DNA of 64,000 nucleotides from a virus (lineage: Duplodnaviria > Heunggongvirae > Uroviricota > Caudoviricetes). Under the pieces are notes generated by a model, which was given only the letters and a program-made list of their open reading frames with translations, searched no databases and was not told the DNA's origin. The stretch lies in IMG/VR virus record IMGVR_UViG_2740892449_000004; one strand, written 5' to 3'. Of the stretch, positions 35,194 to 44,682 are shown piece after piece. The first letter of the stretch is position 1; the number at the start of each line of letters is the position of its first letter. The translations under genes were made by a program, and so were the position numbers.

Positions 35194-35210
35194 CTACGCG
35201 CACCTGTAAT

Positions 35211-35861
35211 TCAGCTTTCGTTGGCATGGTCCACCTCATGCTTTTCAGCCACCAGCGGCAATAAAGCCCTGGCCATCTTATGAACCAATAGTGCATCAAT
35301 AATGCCAAGCGTATGCCCCGGCTTAATGTTTAATGCCGCCTCAAGGCGACACCTTTCCAGGCCACTTTTCTCGGCTTGTTTATGATGATCTGGTGTAATA
35401 ACGTCGCCCAAAACACGGCTAATTCTTTCTCGTAATTGCTGGGTGCCAGCACACTTGATCGCTGTATCGTGGAGACGGTTAACCAGTTCGCGATAAACAT
35501 GCGGCTTAATTCGGATACGTTCACCGGTGACGCCCTTTCCTGGTGCTGGCACCGAACTATCCGGAATATCCGGATAGTTGCCAGCCTCGTAAGCTACCCG
35601 CAGCCAGTGCATGAATGTTTCAGTGGACACACAACCACAGTCCACATCGATTTTCCCGCGTTGCTGTTCCAGCCAATGCTCAAAATTCAATCTACACGTA
35701 TTACTTTCATGTTGCTCTTTTTGTCTCAAGGCCAGCATCTGCTGGGCTATTTCCAATACTTCATCTGCCGTATATCCAGCACCGTGACCATACATTTCGA
35801 TACGGGAAATAATCTCTGATATGCGCTCTTCAGTGATTCTGGTCATTTCTTTTTGCGCCAT
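35211..35861 (-). CDS. Hypothetical protein
   Basis: ORF track 216 aa. Confidence 0.5.
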   Translation of the reverse strand: MAQKEMTRITEERISEIISRIEMYGHGAGYTADEVLEIAQQMLALRQKEQHESNTCRLNFEHWLEQQRGKIDVDCGCVSTETFMHWLRVAYEAGNYPDIPDSSVPAPGKGVTGERIRIKPHVYRELVNRLHDTAIKCAGTQQLRERISRVLGDVITPDHHKQAEKSGLERCRLEAALNIKPGHTLGIIDALLVHKMARALLPLVAEKHEVDHANES

Positions 35862-36217
35862 TTCTTTTCACATTCCTTAGTCCATTTTTCAATGTTCATT
35901 TTGGCAATATCAGTCATTCCATCACCTAAGAAATACTTTTTCCGGTACGTCTTGCACTTAAACCACACTACAACAGCCACCAACCAGAAAATAAAAGGCC
36001 ATACAGCAATACCAACTCCAGCCGCGATAAAGCCCAATAGCCATAAATGAAGCTCTCCAACTTCTGTTTGCGGCAATATTCTTAAAGAATTAAACAGCAG
36101 ACTGAAGGAATGGTCGTATGCATTGGCGGTATAAGACATGCAATCCATATAATTAAAGTCATAGCCTGCGGCTGCCGCCCATAATGGGCGGTCAAGAAAA
36201 TGTTTTAGTGTCATCAT
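35843..36217 (-). CDS. Hypothetical membrane protein
   Basis: ORF track 124 aa; hydrophobic helices; Lys-rich C-terminus. Confidence 0.5.
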   Translation of the reverse strand: MMTLKHFLDRPLWAAAAGYDFNYMDCMSYTANAYDHSFSLLFNSLRILPQTEVGELHLWLLGFIAAGVGIAVWPFIFWLVAVVVWFKCKTYRKKYFLGDGMTDIAKMNIEKWTKECEKKWRKKK

Positions 36218-36223
36218 ATAAAT

Positions 36224-36517
36224 TTAAGGTTCAGACCAGTTATCTTCAATAGCAATGCTTAATCTTTGTAGCCATTCTGCTAATTTCAGCATTGCTTCTC
36301 TTTCGCTTAAACCACGAGGAAAATCATCAAGCGAAATTGTTGGCTTGAAGCCCCCGTAATTATCCATTTCAACAGTCAGATTTTGCTCCAGAACGGTATT
36401 TCTTACGCGGCTATTGTGCCGAAGCAAATATACTGAACGTGATTTATTGGTTTTGTGGTCGAACGTATATTCGGTAAGTATCATCTGACTTCCGCCATGA
36501 TTATTACCGCGCCACAT
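36224..36517 (-). CDS. Hypothetical protein
   Basis: ORF track 97 aa. Confidence 0.45.
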   Translation of the reverse strand: MWRGNNHGGSQMILTEYTFDHKTNKSRSVYLLRHNSRVRNTVLEQNLTVEMDNYGGFKPTISLDDFPRGLSEREAMLKLAEWLQRLSIAIEDNWSEP

Positions 36518-36540
36518 AATTACTCCGTGTTAATTGAAAT

Positions 36541-36843
36541 TTAGCTATTAATCTTCACTTTTATCGCGAACACCTTTACCGGTTTATCACCGAAGTGTGG
36601 ATGTGTGATTGTTTTTATTTCATATCCGTTATACGGGACGTCAATTCTGCGACTGAAGTCTTCGCGCTTCGGATATCCCTTTGTGATAATCAGGCGGTCA
36701 TACTCGCGGAACATAATTCGCTTATTCCAGTAGTCATTACACAGGCGATACTCTTCCGTTTTCTCTCCGCGAATCATGGCATCGAAGTATTCACCTTTAA
36801 CGGCAAGTTGCAGGTTAGCCATTACCTCACCTCCAGTCTCCAT
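36541..36843 (-). CDS. Hypothetical protein
   Basis: ORF track 100 aa. Confidence 0.45.
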   Translation of the reverse strand: METGGEVMANLQLAVKGEYFDAMIRGEKTEEYRLCNDYWNKRIMFREYDRLIITKGYPKREDFSRRIDVPYNGYEIKTITHPHFGDKPVKVFAIKVKINS

Positions 36844-37082
36844 ACCGCCTGACCAATCCGGCTGGCATGGGTATCTTTGGATACTGTTCCGTCTTTAGCC
36901 AGCTCCATAAGAATTTTGCGCAAATCTGCCGAACGCCATTCTTCATCAGGAAATTCCTTCTCCATTGCCAACCGCAGATTCCAGGTTGCCATCCTGAATG
37001 GATATTCCCCGCCGAGAGCTTTATCTTGCAGGGCAGCCCGGGAACGCATCACCTGCAAAACCTTCTCTTTTACATCCATCAT
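36822..37082 (-). CDS. Hypothetical protein
   Basis: ORF track 36822..37226; preferred ATG at 37082 after strong AGGAGG RBS, abutting upstream stop. Confidence 0.45.
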   Translation of the reverse strand: MMDVKEKVLQVMRSRAALQDKALGGEYPFRMATWNLRLAMEKEFPDEEWRSADLRKILMELAKDGTVSKDTHASRIGQAVWRLEVR

Positions 37083-37936
37083 TTCGCCTCCTGCGGCGGT
37101 TCTGGTAGCGGCATCCAGAACAAGGCGTTCCCTAACCACGATAAAGTGCCGTCGCTCAACTCCACGTATTCCCCTTGTACCTGTCCTGCCATATACTCGC
37201 CGTGCTTTGAATAAATTAAAATCCAATCATCTTGAGGGGGCATTCGCTCACTACAGCTTATCCAACCATCCGGAGTTACCGGAGAGTTGCCTGCCAGTCT
37301 ACGCAAAACAGCCTTAACAGCCTCAATACGGTCATCATCGTAACTTTCCGCCGTATCTATGCGGTCGAGCATGATGATTGCGTTATCAATATCAGGATTG
37401 CCGGTCCACTCATTACCGCGATTGGATTCGGCAGCCTGGTTGCCGCGTACTGGTTGATTGTCGGCTTTACCCAGTCTGTCGTCGCTGCATGAATGCCCTT
37501 CCAGCCAGGCCAATGCTTGTCGCATGAAATACGCAATATGTTTTCCGTGGTAATCGTCTTCATCGATGTGAAAAGCGATACTACGAATGTATTCAATTGC
37601 GTTTTCAATGGCCTCTAACGCTATCGGCGCTGGCGGAGTGGTATATAGTTTTCGACATTTGTATATCCAACCGGCATGGTCAGGCGTGTCTGTAAAACGC
37701 AAATCGTCTTCGTAGCACTCACGACTACGTTCTTTCCATTCCGTCCACGGAACACCGCTATTCCAGGTGGGGCGAGTGCAGGACTGATACAGAACAGGCT
37801 CTGCTTCCAGCGATGCCAGCACGATACGCGCCAGTTCTTCCGCTTCTTCTGCTGGCAGTACAACGTTGCTATCAGGTCCGTATGTTTCGCGCCACTGCTT
37901 GATTGTCAGCAGTCGCTCTTTGGTAATAGTGATCAT
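37079..37936 (-). CDS. Hypothetical protein with DUF551-like C-terminus
   Basis: ORF track 285 aa; C-terminal DGWISCSERMPPQDDWILIY...WMPLPEPP. Confidence 0.55.
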   Translation of the reverse strand: MITITKERLLTIKQWRETYGPDSNVVLPAEEAEELARIVLASLEAEPVLYQSCTRPTWNSGVPWTEWKERSRECYEDDLRFTDTPDHAGWIYKCRKLYTTPPAPIALEAIENAIEYIRSIAFHIDEDDYHGKHIAYFMRQALAWLEGHSCSDDRLGKADNQPVRGNQAAESNRGNEWTGNPDIDNAIIMLDRIDTAESYDDDRIEAVKAVLRRLAGNSPVTPDGWISCSERMPPQDDWILIYSKHGEYMAGQVQGEYVELSDGTLSWLGNALFWMPLPEPPQEAK

Positions 37937-38012
37937 GCCGCGTTTCCTTCTTTCTTATTAACAATTACACCGTCATATATTTCATTAAGGTGCCCTCTCA
38001 ACTCCATGCGCC

Positions 38013-38447
38013 TTAATGCAGATAACATGTAATCGCATTCAACCTGCTTATTCCCAATAAAAGGTTTATCTTCAGGGTTACCCCAACAGCAATTACCCTT
38101 GGGCCACCCATGTACTTTCCGTACTCTTCCGTTAACAACGTGAAGTAATCCCCAGCCAGGTGGTAAATCCTCAATTGAAATAATTCCCGCTCACTAATAA
38201 AGAATCGCCAGTCGCCCATTCCAAGAGACGGATTTTTACGAAAACGCTTTTTTCTATCTGCCAACAAATCAGCACGAGAACACTTCGCCTCTATCAGGCA
38301 TGATGCTGAATTTCTGAACCCCATAGCATCTGGCTGTTCTCCGGTACTGGTTACAGCTATAAAGCGGTCATGAAAACAAACCTTGAACCCGTTGCGCTTA
38401 AGGAACTTGTACGCAATCTGACAGAGTTCGCGGTGTGTTAACGCCAT
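38013..38447 (-). CDS. Putative PD-(D/E)xK-type nuclease
   Basis: ORF track 38013..38519; preferred ATG at 38447 after AAGGAGAG RBS; motif GEQPD...LIEAKCSRADL. Confidence 0.45.
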   Translation of the reverse strand: MALTHRELCQIAYKFLKRNGFKVCFHDRFIAVTSTGEQPDAMGFRNSASCLIEAKCSRADLLADRKKRFRKNPSLGMGDWRFFISERELFQLRIYHLAGDYFTLLTEEYGKYMGGPRVIAVGVTLKINLLLGISRLNAITCYLH

Positions 38448-38448
38448 A

Positions 38449-38637
38449 TCACTCTCCTTTAGTGCGCAAATGGTTTTTCCAGCGGTTTTGCGCCGCGCTG
38501 GGCTTTTTGCAAAAACCACAATCCATCATCCCGTAATATTTCATCAACCCCATCCGTCGGTTGCTGAGTCTCACCCACTGCCAGACGCCAGGAGCGTTTC
38601 TACGAACTAACAGAATCTTTGCTTTACGGTTTTTCAT
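38449..38637 (-). CDS. Small basic ORF, one of two tandem near-duplicates
   Basis: ORF track 62 aa starting MKNRKAK; a second MKNRKAK ORF (below the track size cut-off) begins near 38813. Confidence 0.3.
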   Translation of the reverse strand: MKNRKAKILLVRRNAPGVWQWVRLSNRRMGLMKYYGMMDCGFCKKPSAAQNRWKNHLRTKGE

Positions 38638-38982
38638 CTTACTGCGTACCCTTTCTTCCGCCTGTTCTGTGACGCAGTAGGCTTACGCTTTGCGGCAAAA
38701 GCCACCTGACCAAATGGATGGAGTACCGCTATCTTATGGTTGCTAATAACCAGCTCCACCACACGCACAGGTCGCTGTAAAAAAAGTCGTTTTGCCTTAC
38801 GGTTTTTCATCGCTTTGCTCTCCTGCGTCTCTTTGCTACTCGTCGTGCCGCTGCAATACCGGTATGGCGGCGCTTTGGTGCTGGGGTGATGTTGTCAGCC
38901 ATCAGGACCTGTGGCTTTGCAATTAGCGCAGAAGCCCAAAAACGAGTCGGGTACGGTAACAAGCCAATACATGCCACACGCA

Positions 38983-39471
38983 CTACTCACCTCCGTTGAT
39001 GCGAATGCCTGTTGCAATGCTGTTTATGATGCTGTCAGTGCATGGGGTAGAAAGCTGGGCATCTCCAGCAATTTTCATAACATCAACATCTGCATATCGA
39101 ATACCGAGGTGTATCAGACCGGCTATACCTGACTTAAGCCGAGCATTTTCCATAAACAGATCCTTTGCCCGCTGTTTTTCTGCCTCAAGCTCAACGCGCA
39201 ACTTCCCTACCGTTAGCGCAATATCCTCGTTCTCCTGGTCGCGGCGTTTGATGTATTGCTGGTTTCTTTCCCGTTCATCCAGAAGCGCCAGCACGGTTTC
39301 TGGTCCGGTCAGAAATTTGAAGGCGTTGAGCGCATCAATATCCACACCGTAATCTTTAAGTTCCTGTTCACTTAACAAATCATCATCAGCTGGCAACATT
39401 AACAGGCGTTCCATTGCTGGAATTGCACGTTCCGCCGCCTCACGCAGTGCCTGGTAATTAATTTCGCTCAC
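38983..39471 (-). CDS. Ead/Ea22-like modular protein
   Basis: N-terminal INYQALREAAERA shared with the 40399..41136 ORF; coiled coil. Confidence 0.5.
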   Translation of the reverse strand: MSEINYQALREAAERAIPAMERLLMLPADDDLLSEQELKDYGVDIDALNAFKFLTGPETVLALLDERERNQQYIKRRDQENEDIALTVGKLRVELEAEKQRAKDLFMENARLKSGIAGLIHLGIRYADVDVMKIAGDAQLSTPCTDSIINSIATGIRINGGE

Positions 39472-40115
39472 TGGTTGCCTCCTTTGCGAAGCTCAGCGGC
39501 GAAGGCTACTGCGTGATCATGATGTTCAAGTGTGTATGCACACTCCGCAAACATCTCCACGCCCTGCGCCCGTACTTCAGCCAGGAAAGCATCGGTGGCT
39601 GGCATATTTCCTGTTGCCTTCATGGCCTCCAAAATAACCAGAACGCCATCTCGCCCAACCACCTCAGCGATAACCTCGGTGTTGTCGCCAACAACATCGC
39701 AGAATGCCTGAACTGCCTTACGAGCCAGCTCATTCTCCACTGCCAGCGCCGTGCGATTACCCTCCAGCTCTGCAATGCGCTGTTTTGCGGCATCCAGTTC
39801 AATCGACAATTTTTCCAACTGCTCTTGATGCTTCTTGTATTCCTGATATGCGTGCCAAGACTGACCTTTGCGCACACTATCAGTGATATCAGTAATCTGT
39901 TCTGGTGTTAGCGTGGTCAGTGGCTGTGATGGGAAAATAAGCACTTTCCCGGAATCCCAATCAAAACCAGCGTGAATTGACTGAACCTCAACTGAAGGTG
40001 TTGAACCAATGCTGCCAGGCGAATGAACAACGATTGTTACATCCATATCGCGACGATGGCTGTGGTTGTTGGACAAAATACGATTCACCAACTCAGAAAA
40101 TTTGGAAAATTTCAT
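39468..40115 (-). CDS. Ead/Ea22-like modular protein
   Basis: C-terminal PATDAFLAEVRAQG...LRKGGNQ shared with neighbours. Confidence 0.5.
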   Translation of the reverse strand: MKFSKFSELVNRILSNNHSHRRDMDVTIVVHSPGSIGSTPSVEVQSIHAGFDWDSGKVLIFPSQPLTTLTPEQITDITDSVRKGQSWHAYQEYKKHQEQLEKLSIELDAAKQRIAELEGNRTALAVENELARKAVQAFCDVVGDNTEVIAEVVGRDGVLVILEAMKATGNMPATDAFLAEVRAQGVEMFAECAYTLEHHDHAVAFAAELRKGGNQ

Positions 40116-40435
40116 GCTGATTCCCCTTTCTCTGCTCTCTCCTGTCGGAACATCACTATCATCAGGTCGCCTTTTGTCGCTATCCTGGCTGTTGTACCTG
40201 GTTCAATGCGGCTAAGCTCAAATGCGTCATAGAACGCTTCTAATGCCTTCTGGCGTAGTTCCTGTTTGCGCCGTTTTTTCCACTGTTTTAGGAAAATGGA
40301 ACCCAGCCATCGCCATGTACGGGACATGATGTAAAGCCAACCGAGAAGTGCCAGACCGGTATTTAGGAGCGTATCGATCGTTATTGTCGTGTCGATATTC
40401 ACTGGCTGCTTCCTTTGCGAATCTGTTCCGCCCAT
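40112..40435 (-). CDS. Small membrane-anchored hypothetical protein
   Basis: ORF track 107 aa; one hydrophobic helix. Confidence 0.4.
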   Translation of the reverse strand: MGGTDSQRKQPVNIDTTITIDTLLNTGLALLGWLYIMSRTWRWLGSIFLKQWKKRRKQELRQKALEAFYDAFELSRIEPGTTARIATKGDLMIVMFRQERAEKGESA

Positions 40436-41136
40436 TCTTCAAGGGATTTCTCCGCATATTCACCAGACAGGCCATCAATCGGATGCGCTTCATTAGCCAA
40501 CTCTTCTTTCGCTGACAAAATCATGCGTGTAACGTCGAAAACTTCACGCAAAGACTTATTGATAAATCCGTGATTGAACGCAGCAGCAAGACGGCTGGCG
40601 GTATAGTTAATCCCCTCGTTGCGTGCTTCCGCACGAATTTCAGCCAGAAAAGCATCGGTAGCTGGAGTTTCGCTGTGGTGTAGGGCATCGTTGATAATCA
40701 TTGCAGCAACACCAGCCTGCCCTGCATCCGTGACCGACACATGCTCAAGAGTTACGGCCATTGCGTGTTTCAGCCCGGCGTTCTCTGCCACCAGCGCCGC
40801 GAGCTTAGTCTCAAGCGGTGCTATTCGGCACATAGCATCAATATTTGTGTCCTCCAGGCGCTTAATTTCACCAAGTAGCGCCAGTGCAACCTTTGGGTTG
40901 AATGCGGCAACATAACGAGCGTTGTTCTCTGCGTTTTTCAGCCCATCAAAGCCGGTCCATTTGATAACATCTTCACATCGTTTATCACCGGGCGTATGCA
41001 CCGCATACGTACCAGTACCCGGCGAAATAAATGCGACCCATTCGCCCTGTGTTGCCTGTTTTGCTATCTCACGCAGTGCCCGGTAATTAATTTTGCTCAC
41101 TGGCTGCCTCCTTTGCGGAGTTGCGCTTCGATGCAC
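40399..41136 (-). CDS. Ead/Ea22-like modular protein
   Basis: KINYRALREIAKQAT and PATDAFLAEIRAEA modules; C-terminal IRKGSSQ. Confidence 0.5.
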   Translation of the reverse strand: MHRSATPQRRQPVSKINYRALREIAKQATQGEWVAFISPGTGTYAVHTPGDKRCEDVIKWTGFDGLKNAENNARYVAAFNPKVALALLGEIKRLEDTNIDAMCRIAPLETKLAALVAENAGLKHAMAVTLEHVSVTDAGQAGVAAMIINDALHHSETPATDAFLAEIRAEARNEGINYTASRLAAAFNHGFINKSLREVFDVTRMILSAKEELANEAHPIDGLSGEYAEKSLEEWAEQIRKGSSQ

Positions 41137-41336
41137 GAAAAAAAAGACTCCCGAGTATGACTGTTAAGAGCTGGTGCGAACGCCGCGTTAAGAACGGCAG
41201 CATCACAGCCGTCATCAATATAGAGCGCAATTTTTTTCTCCAGGCGCGCTTTGGCTTCCTGCAACTGCATACCCCGGCACGCACGCGGGATATAATCAGC
41301 AATTTGAGCGATAGCTTTTTCGTTCTGTTTAAACAT
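41097..41336 (-). CDS. Small hypothetical protein sharing the LRKGGSQ tail
   Basis: ORF track 79 aa. Confidence 0.4.
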   Translation of the reverse strand: MFKQNEKAIAQIADYIPRACRGMQLQEAKARLEKKIALYIDDGCDAAVLNAAFAPALNSHTRESFFSCIEAQLRKGGSQ

Positions 41337-41532
41337 GCTTCACCTCGATAGGCTTGATGGTGTCTAACAGCAGTCGACGGCGCGTATTTTCTGCAAAGTG
41401 GCGGCGTCCGGTATCTTTGTGGTAAAACTCATTTTTGCCGACGACCCACATCCGCTCTGTTTGGTGCAGTTTTTTTACCTGCGGACCGTCTTTGGTGATC
41501 ACGGTGCCGGTATGGGTTTTTACGATTGTCAT
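41329..41532 (-). CDS. Small hypothetical protein
   Basis: ORF track 67 aa. Confidence 0.4.
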   Translation of the reverse strand: MTIVKTHTGTVITKDGPQVKKLHQTERMWVVGKNEFYHKDTGRRHFAENTRRRLLLDTIKPIEVKHV

Positions 41533-41615
41533 GCCACTACCTATTCGAACAGATGAACGAGACAGGCTGATGCTCGTCCACCTGAAAAACTGACGATTTG
41601 ATGCATACTCACGGT

Positions 41616-42344
41616 TTATTCCTGAATGCGCTTAAACTCGATTACCCACACCCAGGGATTAGCGTTCCAGCTTTCTTCACCATAGATGGATTCCCACAGG
41701 CGCTGGAACGCAACCTTGGCCATTGCGAAATCCCCCTTGGGAGTAAGGAATGTTCCCGGGTGATCAGGAAGCAAACTTCCAGCAGGCGGAACGCCCTCAG
41801 CCCTTGCATCGCATTCGCTGATATCGTTCAACCGTTCAACGCGCACGTTGGTAATTTCCAACAGAATGCGTGATGCCCATCGCGGCATGTGAATTGATGG
41901 ACGCCACCCACCATCAAACTTTTCATTCACAGTGTGAGGTTTCCAGTCGGCATCATCGGGTATCGACCATAAGCCGTAATCACCAGGTTTTTGCTCGCAA
42001 CTGGCCCGATAAATCCTTGCTGCGTTCTTCTCATCGCCACGACAAAGGTTGTCGTTCCAGTCCACACTGCAACCATCCTCATTGCCTAATATCGCCCATG
42101 TTTCACGAACCCAAATTCGATCGCCGACGATACCAAAGGGGCAATTGAAAACACTGCTTACACCATCAGCCCCGTACCACTGAAAACCTGCACCAATTTC
42201 CCTAACCATCACTGGTGCTTCTGGACCAACTTCCGCAGGCTGATTTTTCATTATCCGCCGCGTCTGCGTTTTCCTTCCTTCGAGGATGGCTCGGACCATC
42301 TCATCGTTGAAAATCATGCCGCGCTCTTTCACTTCGCCTTTCAT
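41616..42344 (-). CDS. Hypothetical protein
   Basis: ORF track 242 aa. Confidence 0.5.
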   Translation of the reverse strand: MKGEVKERGMIFNDEMVRAILEGRKTQTRRIMKNQPAEVGPEAPVMVREIGAGFQWYGADGVSSVFNCPFGIVGDRIWVRETWAILGNEDGCSVDWNDNLCRGDEKNAARIYRASCEQKPGDYGLWSIPDDADWKPHTVNEKFDGGWRPSIHMPRWASRILLEITNVRVERLNDISECDARAEGVPPAGSLLPDHPGTFLTPKGDFAMAKVAFQRLWESIYGEESWNANPWVWVIEFKRIQE

Positions 42345-42522
42345 GCATCCCCCTTACCCATGCGCGACGATGCCGCCAAAAGTGATAGAGAACAGCCAGA
42401 AATAGATCGCGGCCATAATGATTTTGAATGCCGTGTTCATATTTTCAGCTCCTGTGATTGATTAGATACATGCCGCGCCTTGCGGCATGTTTTTATTTTC
42501 ACTTTCCCTGCTTTAAAAATCA

Positions 42523-42539
42523 AGATTTATTAGAGCAAT
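42523..42539. promoter_or_regulatory. C1 operator-like 17-mer
   Basis: AGATTTATTAGAGCAAT, 16/17; overlaps the stop of the 42539..43045 gene. Confidence 0.55.
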
Positions 42540-43045
42540 TACTGCTGATGAAGAAGCGCATTTTCATACTCCCTGACCATTAACGTAAGCACGCCGTGTC
42601 TCCTGAAAACACGCGCCACTTCAATCTTATCTTCCAGCGCGAACGCAATTTTACTTAGACCAATTTTCTTAAGGAGATCAATCTTTGCTGGGCCGTCATT
42701 TCTGTCATCGGTGGCAGGGCGCATAGATAGCAAAGGCTCAGCCCCGTTTGTTACGTACTTCCGCAGCCAAGCTCGTGTTTTATCCCTTGCGATCTCACAG
42801 CGCCCGGTTACAAACCAGACCGTGTAAACGTTAAATAACTGGCGCACAATATCAATAACTGGAGTTATGGGAGTATCAGTGTCACAGGCGAGATTAAACT
42901 CGTTCCAGTCCTTTGTTAATGCACCTTTACCTGGTGGCGGAAGCAAATGCAGTCTGTCTTCCGTTGCCTCCGATATTGTTCCATCAATATCGACTATGAC
43001 GATATACGGACGTTCCTGGTGTGCGTGTTTATTGAAAATACTCAA
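42539..43045 (-). CDS. HAD-superfamily phosphatase-like protein
   Basis: N-terminal motif I VIVDIDGTI (DxDGT). Confidence 0.55.
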   Translation of the reverse strand: MSIFNKHAHQERPYIVIVDIDGTISEATEDRLHLLPPPGKGALTKDWNEFNLACDTDTPITPVIDIVRQLFNVYTVWFVTGRCEIARDKTRAWLRKYVTNGAEPLLSMRPATDDRNDGPAKIDLLKKIGLSKIAFALEDKIEVARVFRRHGVLTLMVREYENALLHQQ

Positions 43046-43118
43046 ATGCCCTCCTCATTGGACGAAAAAAATGCTGGTGGGACGCACTCCACCAGCATTA
43101 AAAGTGACACTGTAACTA

Positions 43119-44381
43119 TCAGCGAACGTAAATAGTGCCGCCGTTCTCTTTTTCCCATGCATCGCTACGTGCATAGCAAACATCGAGAAGTCTTCTTGCC
43201 GCAGTTTCCTCTAAACTCAATTCGACAACCAACTGCTCATGACGGCGGGTAACCACATCAAACAGGGTATGCAGCCCTTTAGTTGCCAGATCATCAATGA
43301 ATTCCGGTTCGAACGGCAGCTCTGCATCTGCCAACATAACCTCTTGCGCCCACTCAACTCGACGGACCAGTTCCGGGCGGCGGCTTTCCATCTCTTTACA
43401 GATCAATTCATGGAAGAACTCTACCCAACCTTCCGGCTGGAACTCGCGGAAAATGGCCAACGGCTGGAAGTTTGGCATCAACCATTCGTTGATCCGGATA
43501 TCAATGGCATAGCCCATGTCGCAGCAGAACTGATAAGCAAAGTCCAGCTTAGAAACGATATAAGGACGCTCGTTATTGAACTCTTTAGGCGATGAGATCC
43601 CATAAGCCAGGAGGCGCGGGAAGAAGGAGATTTGCCCTAACGTCGGGTGAAGTTTGCTTGCAGGGAAACGGCGCTCAGTAATGCCATACATTTCCTTCTT
43701 GAGCGTCGCAAATTTGGCATTCTCATTAACCAGCGCGGTAACCTCTGCTTTTTTATTAGCAAATGCCACGCGCGCTTCGCTTGCATCTTTAATAGTTTTT
43801 TTGAGCTGTTGGTTAAGGTCGGCGACCTGCTTACGCAGTTCCTGTCGCTCGCTTTTAGCTTTGTTATAGCGTTTCTCAAGGTTAAAAGGATCAAGTTTCA
43901 TGATCTCTTTATATTGAGATTTTAGCGTTGAAATCTGTGAGTTCCGCAGTTCAACCATCGCGGTCATTTCATTGAGTTTTGTTTCCAGCTCAATGCTTAT
44001 ACGTTCGGCATTATCAGCACGCTGGTTGGCGTCATGCGTCGCATCGTCGATCGCGTCCTGTTGCTGGCGTTTCAAATGTTCAATTTGCAGCTGAAGCTCT
44101 TCAATTTCTTTACCCTTCAGACCGAGATCCAACTGCATATTTTCAGCTGCATCGACCAGGGAGTTATGGCTATCAGCTTCTGCGTTATAAACATCAATAA
44201 GCTGTGCGTGAAGCATCTCCGCTGACTGAACCGCATTATCAAAAAAACGTGCTGTGAGGTCATCACAACTAACGCGGCGTTGCGCGGCCCGGATGTTCTG
44301 GATAATGGCCGGGATACCGGCATTCAGGACATCAGGGATAGATACATTTTCGATTGATTGGTTTTGTGCTGAAGTGCTCAT
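43119..44381 (-). CDS. Hypothetical protein with N-terminal coiled coil
   Basis: ORF track 420 aa. Confidence 0.55.
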   Translation of the reverse strand: MSTSAQNQSIENVSIPDVLNAGIPAIIQNIRAAQRRVSCDDLTARFFDNAVQSAEMLHAQLIDVYNAEADSHNSLVDAAENMQLDLGLKGKEIEELQLQIEHLKRQQQDAIDDATHDANQRADNAERISIELETKLNEMTAMVELRNSQISTLKSQYKEIMKLDPFNLEKRYNKAKSERQELRKQVADLNQQLKKTIKDASEARVAFANKKAEVTALVNENAKFATLKKEMYGITERRFPASKLHPTLGQISFFPRLLAYGISSPKEFNNERPYIVSKLDFAYQFCCDMGYAIDIRINEWLMPNFQPLAIFREFQPEGWVEFFHELICKEMESRRPELVRRVEWAQEVMLADAELPFEPEFIDDLATKGLHTLFDVVTRRHEQLVVELSLEETAARRLLDVCYARSDAWEKENGGTIYVR

Positions 44382-44382
44382 T

Positions 44383-44601
44383 TCAAAGTTCCGTATTAGC
44401 TTGTGCTTCGGTCATTTTTCCTAAGTATGAAGGTGGAAGGACTACGCAATTTGTATCCAGTCCCTCACCTATGGCAGCCTGTAAAATTCTGGCTAAGGTG
44501 AGTCTCTTGTTGCGATACCTGGTGATGACATGCCTGATACCGCCGGTCGGCGTAACAAAGGCGATCAGCCAGTAGTGATATTTCCGTCGGAATGGCCACA
44601 T
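44383..44601 (-). CDS. Small hypothetical protein, first gene after operator pair
   Basis: ORF track 72 aa. Confidence 0.4.
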   Translation of the reverse strand: MWPFRRKYHYWLIAFVTPTGGIRHVITRYRNKRLTLARILQAAIGEGLDTNCVVLPPSYLGKMTEAQANTEL

Positions 44602-44615
44602 AGTGCACCTTGTAG

Positions 44616-44632
44616 ATTGCTCTAATAAAAAA
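44616..44632. promoter_or_regulatory. C1 operator-like 17-mer
   Basis: ATTGCTCTAATAAAAAA, 15/17. Confidence 0.55.
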
Positions 44633-44656
44633 CGTGATGAGTGTACATCACGTTTT
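44629..44656 (-). terminator. Palindromic hairpin flanked by two operators
   Basis: AAAACGTGATG-loop-CATCACGTTTT, 11-bp perfect stem; downstream of the 44683 stop on the minus strand. Confidence 0.4.
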
Positions 44657-44664
44657 AAAAATAT

Positions 44665-44681
44665 GGAATTATTAGAGCAAT
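44665..44681. promoter_or_regulatory. C1 operator-like 17-mer
   Basis: GGAATTATTAGAGCAAT, 14/17. Confidence 0.5.
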
Positions 44682-44682
44682 A

